A stretch of 64,000 nt of DNA from Macrostomum lignano (taxonomy: Eukaryota): the NCBI GenBank assembly GCA_002269645.1, contig NIVC01001780.1:1-64000 (forward strand), read 5' to 3'. This document shows, piece by piece, positions 12,976 to 25,600 of the stretch; position 1 is the stretch's first letter, and every line of letters starts with the position of its first letter. Made by a program: the position numbers and the translations under genes. A model generated the notes under the pieces. The model was not told where the DNA came from. It did not search any database and saw nothing but the letters and a program-made list of their open reading frames with translations.

Positions 12976-15296
12976 CTAATAAAGACTTGTTTTCTCTAGT
13001 TTCTAGAAAGCTAAATAGGCTAAAAGTGCAGCTGGCCGGCAGCCCAGCCTCCGCCCGTCATCTCTGAGCACAAAAGCGAAGGTGCAGTGAGGGGAAGGCA
13101 GGGTGCTCAAGCACAATGCAGAGTCTCCATTGTGCAAGGCTGGGGCTGAAAATCATTCGGGAGCAGCCGCCAGTGCAGCCTCAGACAGCTCAGGTTTGCG
13201 CTGCTCATCTCTGCAGCCTCAGACAGCTCAGGTTTGCGCTGCTCATCTCTGCAGCCTCAGACAGCTCAGGTTTGCGCTGCTCATCTCTGCAGCCTCATCG
13301 CTAATTAAATCTCGCTTTTGCAATGACCTTGATTCTCAGTGCCCCTGATATGTCATGCTGTCAAGAGCTGCATTTTCTGAACAGCTGCTGTGTACTGCTG
13401 GGATTCGACAGCTCAGCCCCATCTCATTCTGCATCATTTAGAGCTGCTAGCCTCCTCTCTGCAGAGGCCCTGAGCAGCTCATTGTGCCACCGTACTGACC
13501 GCCTTTGGCTCTCATGAGATGCTGAATTTCTTGGCAACTCCTTTGCACCTCATCTTCTCAGCTGCCCGCTTCGGACTGCCTCAGGCTTGGGGTGGGCGCT
13601 CAGCCTCGAGTCTCTCAGCATCTCCGCAAAGCACTGCTCACTGGCCTCTCAGCTCTTGGGTGGTCTGACTTTCACCTGCATGCACAAGCTCTGTTTATCA
13701 GCCACCTGAAAGAGACAGGCTGGGATGAAGGGTGAGGGGCAGGGAGAGAGACAGGCTGGGATGAAGGGTGAGGGGCAGGGAGGGAGACAGGCTGGGATGT
13801 AGGGTGAGGGGCAGGGAGGGAGACAGGCTGGGATGTAGGGTGAGGGTCAGGAAGGGAGACAGGCTGGGATGTAGGGTGAGGGGCAGGGAGGGAGACAGGC
13901 TGGGATGCAGGGTGAGGGGCAGGGTTGGTCGCCGGCCCATGGGAGGGGCCAATATCGATACTGCATGGTTGGACACCCACAAAAACTCCAAGAAACATGA
14001 AAAAGCGCATAAAACCCGGTACGGCAGCTGCCAGCAATCTCTATGCATCGCTTCTTTGGCTCTCGCGGATATGCGAGTATAATCTGCCAATCTAAAAATA
14101 TTTTTAATCTCCGCAAACAATATCGCTTACAGTAAGCTACTCATAAGACTGGTGCGGCAAGCATATCCTTGTTGTAAAAGAGAATACCCGTATAGCATAT
14201 TGGGAAAATGTATTGCCAACTGCTCATCAAGGAGTCACCAAGCAACAATCAATCCGAATTGGTTTGCGATGTGAAGTTTTTCAGTGGCGATAAAACTGTA
14301 ATAAATAGTAATTTATTAGTTAGAAAACTTTCGAATAATCACAGGGTAAAAAACTGAACGAAAAGAAAAAATATTATAAGAAAAAAAGTTCACATTAATT
14401 AAGTAAGGTTAAACAAATCAACTTGAGTAGACATGGGAGCCGATTAACAATTAGATTAAAGTGCACTTGAGCAGAAGGGGCCAAAAATTAACGTAATTGA
14501 GAATGGTAAAGCAGATCCACTTTAGTAAGCATCGGAGCCGAATACCTGCTACCAGCATACGGTGGGTTTGAGCTGAAGGCCATGGAAACACAGCAGTCAA
14601 GAGAAGCAAAATGTGTTCAGTATTGTAGCGCAAAATGGAGAACAAAACTTGAATAAACAATTCAGAACAGCTCATAAATCTGTTTTCTCTCTGATAAATT
14701 GAAAATCTTACGAGGAATGTAAAATTTAGAAAGCATGTAAAATTGTTGTCCGCATCAAAATATACCGAAAAAATTATTTATATCATAAAGCATAATAGAG
14801 GTCAAATCTGGATAGGCACTGCACACAATAAAACAATTGGGCTGCAGGTACAGGTAAAGTTCGGCTGCTTGAGTTAACTGGAGAGCAGAATTTCAACAGC
14901 AAGAAAGATAGTGTGTCAAAACCAAAACCATCTATATAAAAAACTAAACAAACTAAAAAAATCTAAAAAAACAAACAAACATACATATGTTTCAAATATT
15001 ATACACTCAGCAACATGTAAAAGTTTCCACCCCGAAACCAGTGGCCAAATTTTCTCAGATCTCAGCCCCAAACAACGAAATTTATCTCAATTGAGGGTGA
15101 TGCAATTTTGGTCACAAGGTCGCAGCTGAGGCAGGTCAGGAGAGAGTGGAGAGTCATGGCTAGAGGCTAGATTGAAGCTGCCACTGTCAGTTCTCAGTCC
15201 CCATGAGCTTGTTTCGGTGTGGAAACTCACATGCTGCTTGGGTGTACACTCGTAAAAGTGTCACAAAAACCGCTAAACAATTTCATTGAGCAGCCT

Positions 15297-16698
15297 CTAA
15301 GCTTTCCGAGCTCTTTCTGGATCGAAGCTAACAAGGCGTGAAAGCTGGTCGACTTTTTGCGGTACACTGGGATACTGGCAGCCTTGAATCTGAACAGGAT
15401 TTTCCTGCAAGTGGCGGTTCACCTTGGTCATGATGTGACTGACGTCGAGCTGACGGAAGTACTTCTCGATGAACTTGCAAACAGTCTGCACGTACACCGA
15501 ACCCGAGTCGATGTTTCTAAAGGCGGCTGAGCCTTCAGTGGTGGCGTAGCAGAGCAGAAAGTCGCCATCTGCAGGACGGATCGCGGAGTTGAACACCGGC
15601 GGAGCGGCTGCCTCGTCTGTTTGCTCACGAGATTTGGCAGCATCAGCTCGGTCGCGACGTGTGCCACGACAGGCCTGGATGAAGAACAATTTCGGCTTTC
15701 CTTCAAGGCTGCGGCAGACAGGGCTCTGTGATGCAATGGTAGTTGCAGTGGAGTCTTCAGCCTTAGAAACTAAGCACAGTTTAGCCTAGACTTTTGTATG
15801 TGTGAAAAACATGTCAAGATCACCTTTTGATACAACATTACATGTTTCTATTTTAGAGAATTTTTAAATCCCTGTTATTGCCTATATCTTGCTTATCTTG
15901 GGCGTATATAGATAGTTAGGCTCACCTTGAACTTTCCTGCCAGCTCTCGAATTTTGTAGGGAAAACCGTCCCTACCGTAGATGCAGTCGTGGCTGCCGTG
16001 CGCCATCAAGAAGCAGACGAAGCTGCCGTGCTTGGCAAGGTCCCGTGACTTTTTAATCTCATTGAGGAAATCATCCACCTCTTCGACAGTGAAGTCCTCT
16101 TTTATCTCGACGATGAAGCGCAGCCTCTTGAATACCTGCTTCACTCGGTGAACATCACGATCCGAACCTTGACGCTCTGCAAGATTGAATGTGATGTCAC
16201 TTCCCGTGTCGTACTTGCTGATGTTGAGGATCAGACAGTAGCCTTGCGGGTCCGTCACTGGAAAGAAATCCTCTTCGTGCCTGGAATGCAGAAGATTCTG
16301 AAAATGGTTTTATACTGTTACAGCACACGAAATCACCAATTCACAAGAATTATGAATTGAGCACCTTGACGGTTGATTTCGAACTGCTTTATCGCGCGTG
16401 GCCCCTTTTGTACTTCTGAAAATTTTTAAATGAGACAAAAGAACGAATTCAATTGCCCAATATAATGAGTAAATATTAATATAAAGTGTTTCTACATCAA
16501 AAGCTTTAACTTGCATGGCTCCTTTAGTAAAGTTTCAAAATTTTTAAAATTGACATTAGAACAAATTCAATTGCACAATTCAATAGGTGAATATTCGTAA
16601 CTAGTTTCTAAATAACACACAATCAAAAAATCACTCACGAACAACGTTCATCATCACTCGGTTCCTCGTTATGAGCATGGTCCGTCACAACTCTTCGC
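15297..16698 (-). CDS. Caspase (peptidase C14A) catalytic region; exons 16698-16639, 16415-16365, 16280-15926, 15725-15297
   Basis: p20 contains PQGYCLILN...FVCFLMAHG (catalytic His), then CRSLEGKPKLFFIQACRG (catalytic Cys). p10 contains ADGDFLLCYATTEGSAAFRNIDSGSVYVQTVC. GT-AG junctions are phase-consistent and the stop TAG is at 15297-15299. Confidence 0.95.
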
Positions 16699-19600
16699 CT
16701 GTAAAAATTAAAAACGCGATATAAAGTTTTCTGAGCTCAGTGTGCTGTAGCTGTGTGTGCTGTAGCTGTGTGTGCTGTAGCTGTGTGTGCTGTAGCTGTG
16801 TGTGCTGTAGCTGTGTGCTGTAGCTGTGTGTGCTGTAGCTGTGTGCTGTAGCTGTGTGTGCTGTAGCTGTGTGTGCTGTAGCTGTGTGCTGTAGCTGTGT
16901 GTGCTGTAGCTGTGTGCTGTAGCTGTGTGTGCTGTAGCTGTGTGCTGTAGCTGTATGTGCAGTAGCTGTGTGTGCTGTAGCTGTGTGTGCTGTAGCTGTG
17001 TATGCTGTAGCTGTGTGCTGTAGCTGTGTGTGCTGTAGCTGTGTGTGCTGTAGCTGTGTGTTCTGTAGCTGTGTGTGCTGTAGCTGTGTGTGCTGTAGCT
17101 GTGTGCTGTAGCTGTGTGTGCTGTAGCTGTGTGCTGTAGCTGTGTGTGCTGTAGCTGTGTGCTGTAGCTGTATGTGCAGTAGCTGTGTGTGCTGTAGCTG
17201 TGTGTGCTGTAGCTGTGTATGCTGTAGCTGTGTGCTGTAGCTGTGTGTGCTGTAGCTGTGTGCTGTAGCTGTGTGTGCTGTAGCTGTGTGCTGTAGCTGT
17301 GTGTGCTGTAGCTGTGTGCTGTAGCTGTGTGTGCAGTAGCTGTGTGCTGTAGCTGTGTGCTGTAGCTGTGTATGCTGTAGCTGTGTGTGCTGTAGCTGTG
17401 TGTGCTGTAGCTGTGTGTGCTAAGCTGTGTGTGCTGTAGCTGTGTGTGCTGTAGCTGTGTGCTGTAGCTGTGTGTGCTGTAGCTGTGTGTGCTGTAGCTG
17501 TGTGTGCTGTAGCTGTGTGCTGTAGCTGTGTGCTGTAGCTGTGTGCTGTAGCTGTGTGTGCTGTAGCTGTGTGTGCTGTAGCTGTGTGTGCTGTAGCTGT
17601 GTATGCTGTAGCTGTGTGCTGTAGCTGTGTGTGCTGTAGCTGTGTGTGCTGTAGCTGTGTGTGCTGTAGCTGTGTGTGCTGTAGCTGTGTGTGCTGTAGC
17701 TGTGTGTGCTGTAGTTGTGTGCTGTAGCTGTGTGTGCTGTAGCTGTGTGTGCTGTAGCTGTGTGCTGTAGCTGTGTGTGCTGTAGCTGTGTGTGCTGTAG
17801 CTGTGTGTGCTGTAGCTGTGTGTGCTGTAGCTGTGTGTGCTGTAGCTGTGTGTGCTGTAGCTGTGTGCTGTAGCTGTGTGTGCTGTAGCTGTGTGCTGTA
17901 GCTGTGTGTGCTGTAGCTGTGTGCTGTAGCTGTATGTGCAGTAGCTGTGTGTGCTGTAGCTGTGTGTGCTGTAGCTGTGTATGCTGTAGCTGTGTGCTGT
18001 AGCTGTGTGTGCTGTAGCTGTGTGTGCTGTAGTTGTGTGCTGTAGCTGTGTGTGCTGTAGCTGTGTGTGCTGTAGCTGTGTGTGCTGTAGCTGTGTGTGC
18101 TGTAGCTGTGTATGCTGTAGCTGTGTGCTGTAGCTGTGTGTGCTGTAGCTGTGTGTGCTGTAGCTGTGTGTGCTGTAGCTGTGTGTGCTGTAGCTGTGTG
18201 TGCTGTAGCTGTGTGTGCTGTAGCTGTGTGTGCTGTAGCTGTGTGTGCTGTAGCTTGTGTGCTGTAGCTGTGTGTGCTGTAGCTGTGTGTGCTGTAGCTG
18301 TGTGCTGTAGCTGTGTGTGCTGTAGCTGTGTGTGCTGTAGCTGTGTGTGCTGTAGCTGTGTGCTGTAGCTGTGTGTGCTGTAGCTGTGTGCTGTAGCTGT
18401 ATGTGCAGTAGCTGTGTGTGCTGTAGCTGTGTGTGCTGTAGCTGTGTGTGCTGTAGTTGTGTGCTGTAGCTGTGTGTGCTGTAGCTGTGTGTGCTGTAGC
18501 TGTGTGCTGTAGCTGTGTGTGCTGTAGCTGTGTGTGCTGTAGCTGTGTGTGCTGTAGCTGTGTGTGCTGTAGCTGTGTGTGCTGTAGCTGTGTGTGCTGT
18601 AGCTGTGTGCTGTAGCTGTGTGTGCTGTAGCTGTGTGCTGTAGCTGTGTGTGCTGTAGCTGTGTGCTGTAGCTGTGTGTGCTGTAGCTGTGTGCTGTAGC
18701 TGTGTGCTGTAGCTGTGTGCTGTAGCTGTGTGCTGTAGCTGTGTGTGCTGTAGCTGTGTGTGCTGTAGCTGTGTGTGCTGTAGCTGTGTGTGCTAGCTGT
18801 GTGTGCTGTAGCTGTGTGTGCTGTAGCTGTGTGCTGTAGCTGTGTGTGCTGTAGCTGTGTGTGCTGTAGCTGTGTGTGCTGTAGCTGTGTGCTGTAGCTG
18901 TGTGCTGTAGCTGTGTGCTGTAGCTGTGTGTGCTGTAGCTGTGTGTGCTGTAGCTGTGTGTGCTGTAGCTGTGTATGCTGTAGCTGTGTGCTGTAGCTGT
19001 GTGTGCTGTAGCTGTGTGTGCTGTAGCTGTGTGTGCTGTAGCTGTGTGTGCTGTAGCTGTGTGTGCTGTAGCTGTGTGTGCTGTAGCTGTGTGTGTGTAG
19101 CTGTGTGTGCTGTAGCTGTGTGTGCTGTAGCTGTGTGTGCTGTAGCTGTGTGTGTAGCTGTGTCTGTGTAGCTGTGTTGCTGTAGCTGTGTGTGCTGTAG
19201 CTGTGTGTGCTGTAGCTGTGTGTGCTGTAGCTGTGTGCTGTAGCTGTGTGTGCTGTAGCTGTGTGTGCTGTAGCTGTGTGTGCTGTAGCTGTGTGCTGTA
19301 GCTGTGTGTGCTGTAGCTGTGTGTGCTGTAGCTGTGTATGCTGTAGCTGTGTGCTGTAGCTGTGTGTGCTGTAGCTGTGTATGCTGTAGCTGTGTGCTGT
19401 AGCTGTGTGTGCTGTAGCTGTGTGTGCTGTAGCTTGTGTGCTGTAGCTGTGTGTGCTGTAGCTGTGTGTGCTGTAGCTGTGTGTGCTGTAGCTGTGTGCT
19501 GTAGCTGTGTTGCTGTAGCTGTGTGCTGTAGCTGTGTGTGCTGTAGCTGTGTGTGCTGTAGCTGTGTGTGCTGTAGCTGTGTGCTGTAGCTGTGTGCTGT

Positions 19601-22600
19601 AGCTGTGTGCTGTAGCTGTGTGTGCTGTAGCTGTGTGCTGTAGCTGTGTGTGCTGTAGCTGTGTGTGCTGTAGCTGTGTGCTGTAGCTGTGTGTGCTGTA
19701 GCTGTGTGTGCTGTAGCTGTGTGCTGTAGCTGTGTGTGCTGTAGCTGTGTGTGCTGTAGCTGTGTGTGCTGTAGCTGTGTGTGCTGTAGCTGTGTGTGCT
19801 GTAGCTGTGTGTGCTGTAGCTGTGTGCTGTAGCTGTGTGTGCTGTAGCTGTGTGTGCTGTAGCTGTGTGCTGTAGCTGTGTGTGCTGTAGCTGTGTGTGC
19901 TGTAGCTGTGTGCTGTAGCTGTGTGTGCTGTAGCTGTGTGTGTTGTAACTGTGTCTGATGTAGCTGTGTTTGCTGTAGCTGTGTGTGCTGTAGCTGTGTG
20001 TGCTGTAGCTGTGTGCTGTAGCTGTGTGCTGTAGCTGTGTGTGCTGTAGCTGTGTGCTGTAGCTGTGTGCTGTAGCTGTGTGTGCTGTAGCTGTGTGTGC
20101 TGTAGCTGTGTGTGCTGTAGCTGTGTGTGCTGTAGCTGTGTGTGCTGTAGCTGTGTGCTGTAGCTGTGTGTGTTGCTGTGCTGTGTAGCTGTGTGCTGTA
20201 GCTGTGTGTGCTGTAGCTGTGTGTGCTGTAGCTGTGTGTGCTGTAGCTGTGTGCTGTAGCTGTGTGTGCTGTAGCTGTGTGCTGTAGCTGTGTGTGCTGT
20301 AGCTGTGTGTGCTGTAGCTGTGTGTGCTGTAGCTGTGTATGCTGTAGCTGTGTGCTGTAGCTGTGTGTGCTGTAGCTGTGTGCTGTAGCTGTGTGCTGTA
20401 GCTGTGTGTGCTGTAGCTGTGTGCTGTAGCTGTGTGTGCTGTAGCTGTGTGTGCTGTAGCTGTGTGTGCTGTAGCTGTGTGTGCTGTAGCTGTGTGCTGT
20501 AGCTGTGTGTGCTGTAGCTGTGTGTGCTGTAGCTGTGTGTGCTGTAGCCTTGTGTGCTGTAGCTGTGTGTGCTGTAGCTGTGTGTGCTGTAGCTGTGTGT
20601 GCTGTAGCTGTGTGCTGTAGCTGTGTGTGCTGTAGCTGTGTGCTGTAGCTGTGTGTGCTGTAGCTGTGTGTGCTGTAGCTGTGTGCTGTAGCTGTGTGCT
20701 GTAGCTGTGTGCTGTAGCTGTGTGTGCTGTAGCTGTGTGCTGTAGCTGTGTGTGCTGTAGCTGTGTGTGCAGCTGTGTGTGCTGTAGCTGTGTTGCTGTA
20801 GCTGTGTGTGCTGTAGCTGTGTGTGCTGTAGCTGTGTGTGCTGTAGCTGTGTGCTGTAGCTGTGTGTGCTGTAGCTGTGTATGCTGTAGCTGTGTATGCT
20901 GTAGCTGTGTGCTGTAGCTGTGTGTGCTGTAGCTGTGTGCTGTAGCTGTGTGTGCTGTAGCTGTGTGTGCTGTAGCTGTGTGTGCTGTAGCTGTGTGTGC
21001 TGTAGCTGTGTGTGCTGTAGCTGTGTGCTGTAGCTGTGTGTGCTGTAGCTGTGTGCTGTAGCTGTGTGTGCTGTAGCTGTGTGTGTGTAGCTGTGTCTGA
21101 TGTAGCTGTGTGCTGTAGCTGTGTGTGCTGTAGCTGTGTGTGCTGTAGCTGTGTGCTGTAGCTGTGTGCTGTAGCTGTGTGTGCTGTAGCCTTGTGTGCT
21201 GTAGCTGTGTATGCTGTAGCTGTGTGCTGTAGCTGTGTGTGCTGTAGCTGTGTGTGCTGTAGCTGTGTGCTGTAGCTGTGTGTGCTGTAGCTGTGTGCTG
21301 TAGCTGTGTGTGCTGTAGCTGTGTGTGCTGTAGCTGTGTGTGCTGTAGCTGTGTGCTGTAGCTGTGTGTGCTGTAGCTGTGTGTGCTGTAGCTGTGTGTG
21401 CTGTAGCTTGTGTGCTGTAGCTGTGTGCTGTAGCTGTGTGCTGTAGCTGTGTGTGCTGTAGCTGTGTGTGCTGTAGCTGTGTGTGCTGTAGCCTTGTGTG
21501 CTGTAGCTGTGTATGCTGTAGCTGTGTGCTGTAGCTGTGTGTGCTGTAGCTGTGTGCTGTAGCTGTGTGCTGTAGCTGTGTGTGCTGTAGCTGTGTGCTG
21601 TAGCTGTGTGTGCTGTAGCTGTGTGTGCTGTAGCTGTGTGTGCTGTAGCTGTGTGTGCTGTAGCTGTGTGCTGTAGCTGTGTGTGCTGTAGCTGTGTGTG
21701 CTGTAGCTGTGTGTGCTGTAGCTGTGTGCTGTAGCTGTGTGTGCTGTAGCTGTGTGCTGTAGCTGTGTGCTGTAGCTGTGTGTGCTGTAGCTGTGTGCTG
21801 TAGCTGTGTGTGCTGTAGCTGTGTGTGCTGTAGCTGTGTGCTGTAGCTGTGTGCTGTAGCTGTGTGTGCTGTAGCTGTGTGCTGTAGCTGTGTGCTGTAG
21901 CTGTGTGCTGTAGCTGTGTGTGCTGTAGTTGTGTGCTGTAGCTGTGTGTGCTGTAGCTGTGTGCTGTAGCTGTGTGTGCTGTAGCTGTGTGTGCTGAGCT
22001 GTGTGTGCCGTAGCTTTGTGTGCTGTAGCTGTGTGTGCAGAAGCTGTGTGTGCTGTAGCTGTGTGTGCTGTAGCTGTGTGTGCTGTAGCTGTGTGCTGTA
22101 GCTGTGTGCTGTAGCTGTGTGTGCTGTAGCTGTGTGCTGTAGCTGTGTGTGCTGTAGCTGTGTGTGCTGTAGCTGTGTGTGCTGTAGCTGTGTGTGTAGT
22201 AGCTGTGTGTGCTGTAACTGTGTGTGCTGTAGCTGTGTGTGCTGTAGCTGTGTGTGCTGTAGCTGTGTGTGCTGAGCTGTGTGTGCCGTAGCTTTGTGTG
22301 CTGTAGCTGTGTGTGCAGAAGCTGTGTGTGCTGTAGCTGTGTGTGCTGTAGCTGTGTGTGCTGTAGCTGTGTGCTGTAGCTGTGTGCTGTAGCTGTGTGT
22401 GCTGTAGCTGTGTGCTGTAGCTGTGTGTGCTGTAGCTGTGTGTGCTGTAGCTGTGTGTGCTGTAGCTGTGTGTGTAGTAGCTGTGTGTGCTGTAACTGTG
22501 TGTGCTGTAGCTGTGTGTGCTGTAGCTGTGTGTGTTGTAACTGTGTGTGCTGTAGCTGTGTGCTGTAGCTGTGTGTGCTGTAGCCTTGTGTGCTGTAGCT

Positions 22601-25600
22601 GTGTATGCTGTAGCTGTGTGCTGTAGCTGTGTGTGCTGTAGCTGTGTATGCTGTAGCTGTGTGCTGTAGCTGTGTGTGCTGTAGCTGTGTGCTGTAGCTG
22701 TGTGTGCTGTAGCTGTGTGTGCTGTAGCTGTGTGTGCTGTAGCTGTGTATGCTGTAGCTGTGTGCTGTAGCTGTGTGTGCTGTAGCTGTGTGTGCTGTAG
22801 CCTTGTGTGCTGTAGCTGTGTGTTCTGTAGCTGTGTGTGCTGTAGCTGTGTGTGCTGTAGCCTTGTGTGCTGTAGCTGTGTATGCTGTAGCTGTGTGCTG
22901 TAGCTGTGTGTGCTGTAGCTGTGTGTGCTGTAGCTGTGTGTGCTGTAGCTGTGTGCTGTAGCTGTGTGTGCTGTAGCTGTGTGTGCTGTAGCTGTGTGCT
23001 GTAGCTGTGTGTGCTGTAGCTGTGTGCTGTAGCTGTATGTGCAGTAGCTGTAAGTGCTGTAGCTGTGTGTGCTGAGCTGTGTGTGCCTTAGCTTTGTGTG
23101 CTGTAGCTGTGTGTGCAGAAGCTGTGTGTGCTGTAGCTGTGTGTGCTGTAGCTGTGTGTGCTGTAGCTGTGTATGCTGTAGCTTTGTGCTGTAGCTGTGT
23201 GTGCTGTAGCTGTGTGCAGTAGCTGTGTGTGCTGTAGCTGTGTGTGCTGTAGCTGTGTGTGCTGTAGCTGTGTGTGCAGTAGCTGTGTGTGCTGTAGCTG
23301 TGTGTGTTGTAACTGTGTATGATGTAGCTGTGTGTGCTGTAGCTGTGTGTGTTGTAACTGTGTATGATGTAGCTGTGTGTGCTGTAGCTGTGTTTGCTGT
23401 AGCTGTGTGTGCTGTAGCTGTGTGTGCTGTAGCTGTGTGTGTTGTAGCTGTGTATGATGTAGCTGTGTTTGCTGTAGCTGTGTTTGCTGTAGCTGTGTGT
23501 GCTGTAGCTGTGTGTGCTGTAGCTGTGTGTGCTGTAGCTGTGTGCTGTAGCTGTGTGTGCTGTAGCTGTGTGTGCTGTAGCTGTGTGTGCTGTAGCTGTG
23601 TGTGCTGTAGCTGTGTGTGCTGTAGCTGTGTGCTGTAGCTGTGTGTGCTGTAGCTGTGTGCTGTAGCTGTGTGCTGTAGCTGTGTGCTGTAGCTGTGTGT
23701 GCTGTAGCTGTGTGTACTGTAGCTCTGTGCTGTAGCTGTGTGTGCTGTAGCTGTGTGCTGTAGCTGTGTGTGCTGTAGCTGTGTGTGCTGTAGCTGTGTG
23801 TGCTGTAGCTGTGGGCTGTAGCTGTGTGTGCTGTAGCTGTGTGTGCTGTAGCTGTGTGCTGTAGCTGTATGCTGTAGCTGTATGCTGTAGCTGTTTGCTG
23901 TAGCTGTGTGGGCTGAATGAACTCACGCCAGTGCCAGATGCTCGTCGAAGTAAATCTTGTACGTGTACATACCCTCTGGTAAATAAGAAGCCCCTGCAAG
24001 TTGAGCTTTGGGTGGCGCTATATGGACATTGGGGGCGCGATCGGGAGATTGCGGCGCCACGAAGAGATTGGAGGCTCTCAAATCATTCAAGTGGCAATAT
24101 TTTGAACATCACATCAAGTACATTCCTACTAAAATCGGAGAGTTTGATGGCACTTGAACTCGCTGATGCTTTGTGTTGAAAACTCCTGCAGATTGAGATG
24201 TAGGTGGGGGCGCCATGAGGAGATTGGGGGCGCCATGGGGAGATTGGGGGCGCCATAGGGAGGTCGGGGGCGCCATGGGGAGGTCGGGGGCGCCATGGGG
24301 AGGTTGGAGGCACCATGGGGAGGTTGGAGGCGTCATGGGGAGGTTGGGGGCGCCATGAGGAGCTGCACTGACATTCATGACGCCCTCGCTTGACTGCGGC
24401 GCTGCTGAGAATTTCAGGGCGCCGATCATCAAAGCGCAATGAATTTTCGCCAAACAATATTTTCAGTATTTTCAGTGTCAGGCAGCAGCTCTCAGTCAGG
24501 ACTCACCCAGCTGAGGCGGCAGTCGGCGCTGAGCTGGCAGCGGGAGGCCGAGAGGCTTCGAGCCGCCGCTGCGTGGAGGAAATCCAGTCCCGCTTTGCTG
24601 ACACGTCTGTGAAGCACCGCCAAATCTCAACAACATCAGCCGGTGTTTGGCCACAGTTGTTCTTCAAGCTGAACATTTCGGCTCCGATTTGGTCAAAAAT
24701 GAACTGAAGAGAGTCGACTGGCTGATGCTGAGCGGCCAAATGGACGGCCGTGTTACCCTCTTTGTCAGGAACTGTGAGACAGTCGCTTCCGAGCTCCTTC
24801 ACCAGCCACTTCAGATTTGAATTGTCAGACTTCTCAGCAGCAAAGTGAAATGCTGTTCTATCCCACCATCCTCCCTTCAGCCGAAAGCAGTCAGTTCCGA
24901 TCTGTCTCTTGATCCACTCCAGCGACTCGATGCCCTGATGCTCAGCGGCCAAATGGACGGCCGTGGTACCGCAATTGTCAGGAACTGTGAGACAGTGGCT
25001 GCCGAGCTCCTTCACCAGCCACTTCAGATTTGAATTGTCAGACTTCTTAGCAGCAAAGTGAAATGCTGTTATATTACTCTCTGTCTTCAGCCGAAAGCAG
25101 TCAGTTCCGATCTGTCTCTTGATCCACTCCAGCGACTCGATGCCCTGATGCTCAGCGGCCAAATGGACGGCCGTGTAACCGCAATTGTCAGGAACTGTGA
25201 GACAGTGGCTGCCGAGCTCCTTCACCAGCCACTTCAGCATTGAATTGTCAGACTTCTGAGCAGCAATGTGAAATGCTCTCTGTCCCTTCAGCCGAAAGCA
25301 GTCAGTACCGATCTGTCTCTTGATCCACTCCAGCGACTCGATGCCCTGATGCTCAGAGGCCCAATGGACGGCCGTGTAACCGTAATTGTCAGGAACTGTG
25401 AGACAGTCGCTGCCGAGCTCCTTCACCAGCCACTTCAGATTTGAATTGTCAGACTTCTTAGCAGCAAAGTGAAATGCTGTTCTATCACCATCTCCCTTCA
25501 GCCGAAAGCAGTCAGTTCCGATCTGTCTCTTGATCCACTCCAGCGACTCGATGCCCTGATGCTGAGCGGCCAAATGGACGGCCGTGGTACCGTCTTCGTC

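Noticed and set aside
17420-23926. 2168-aa ORF and overlapping Cys/Val-rich ORFs
   Set aside because: These are translations of the 15/13-bp satellite, which lacks stops on one strand; no protein signal.
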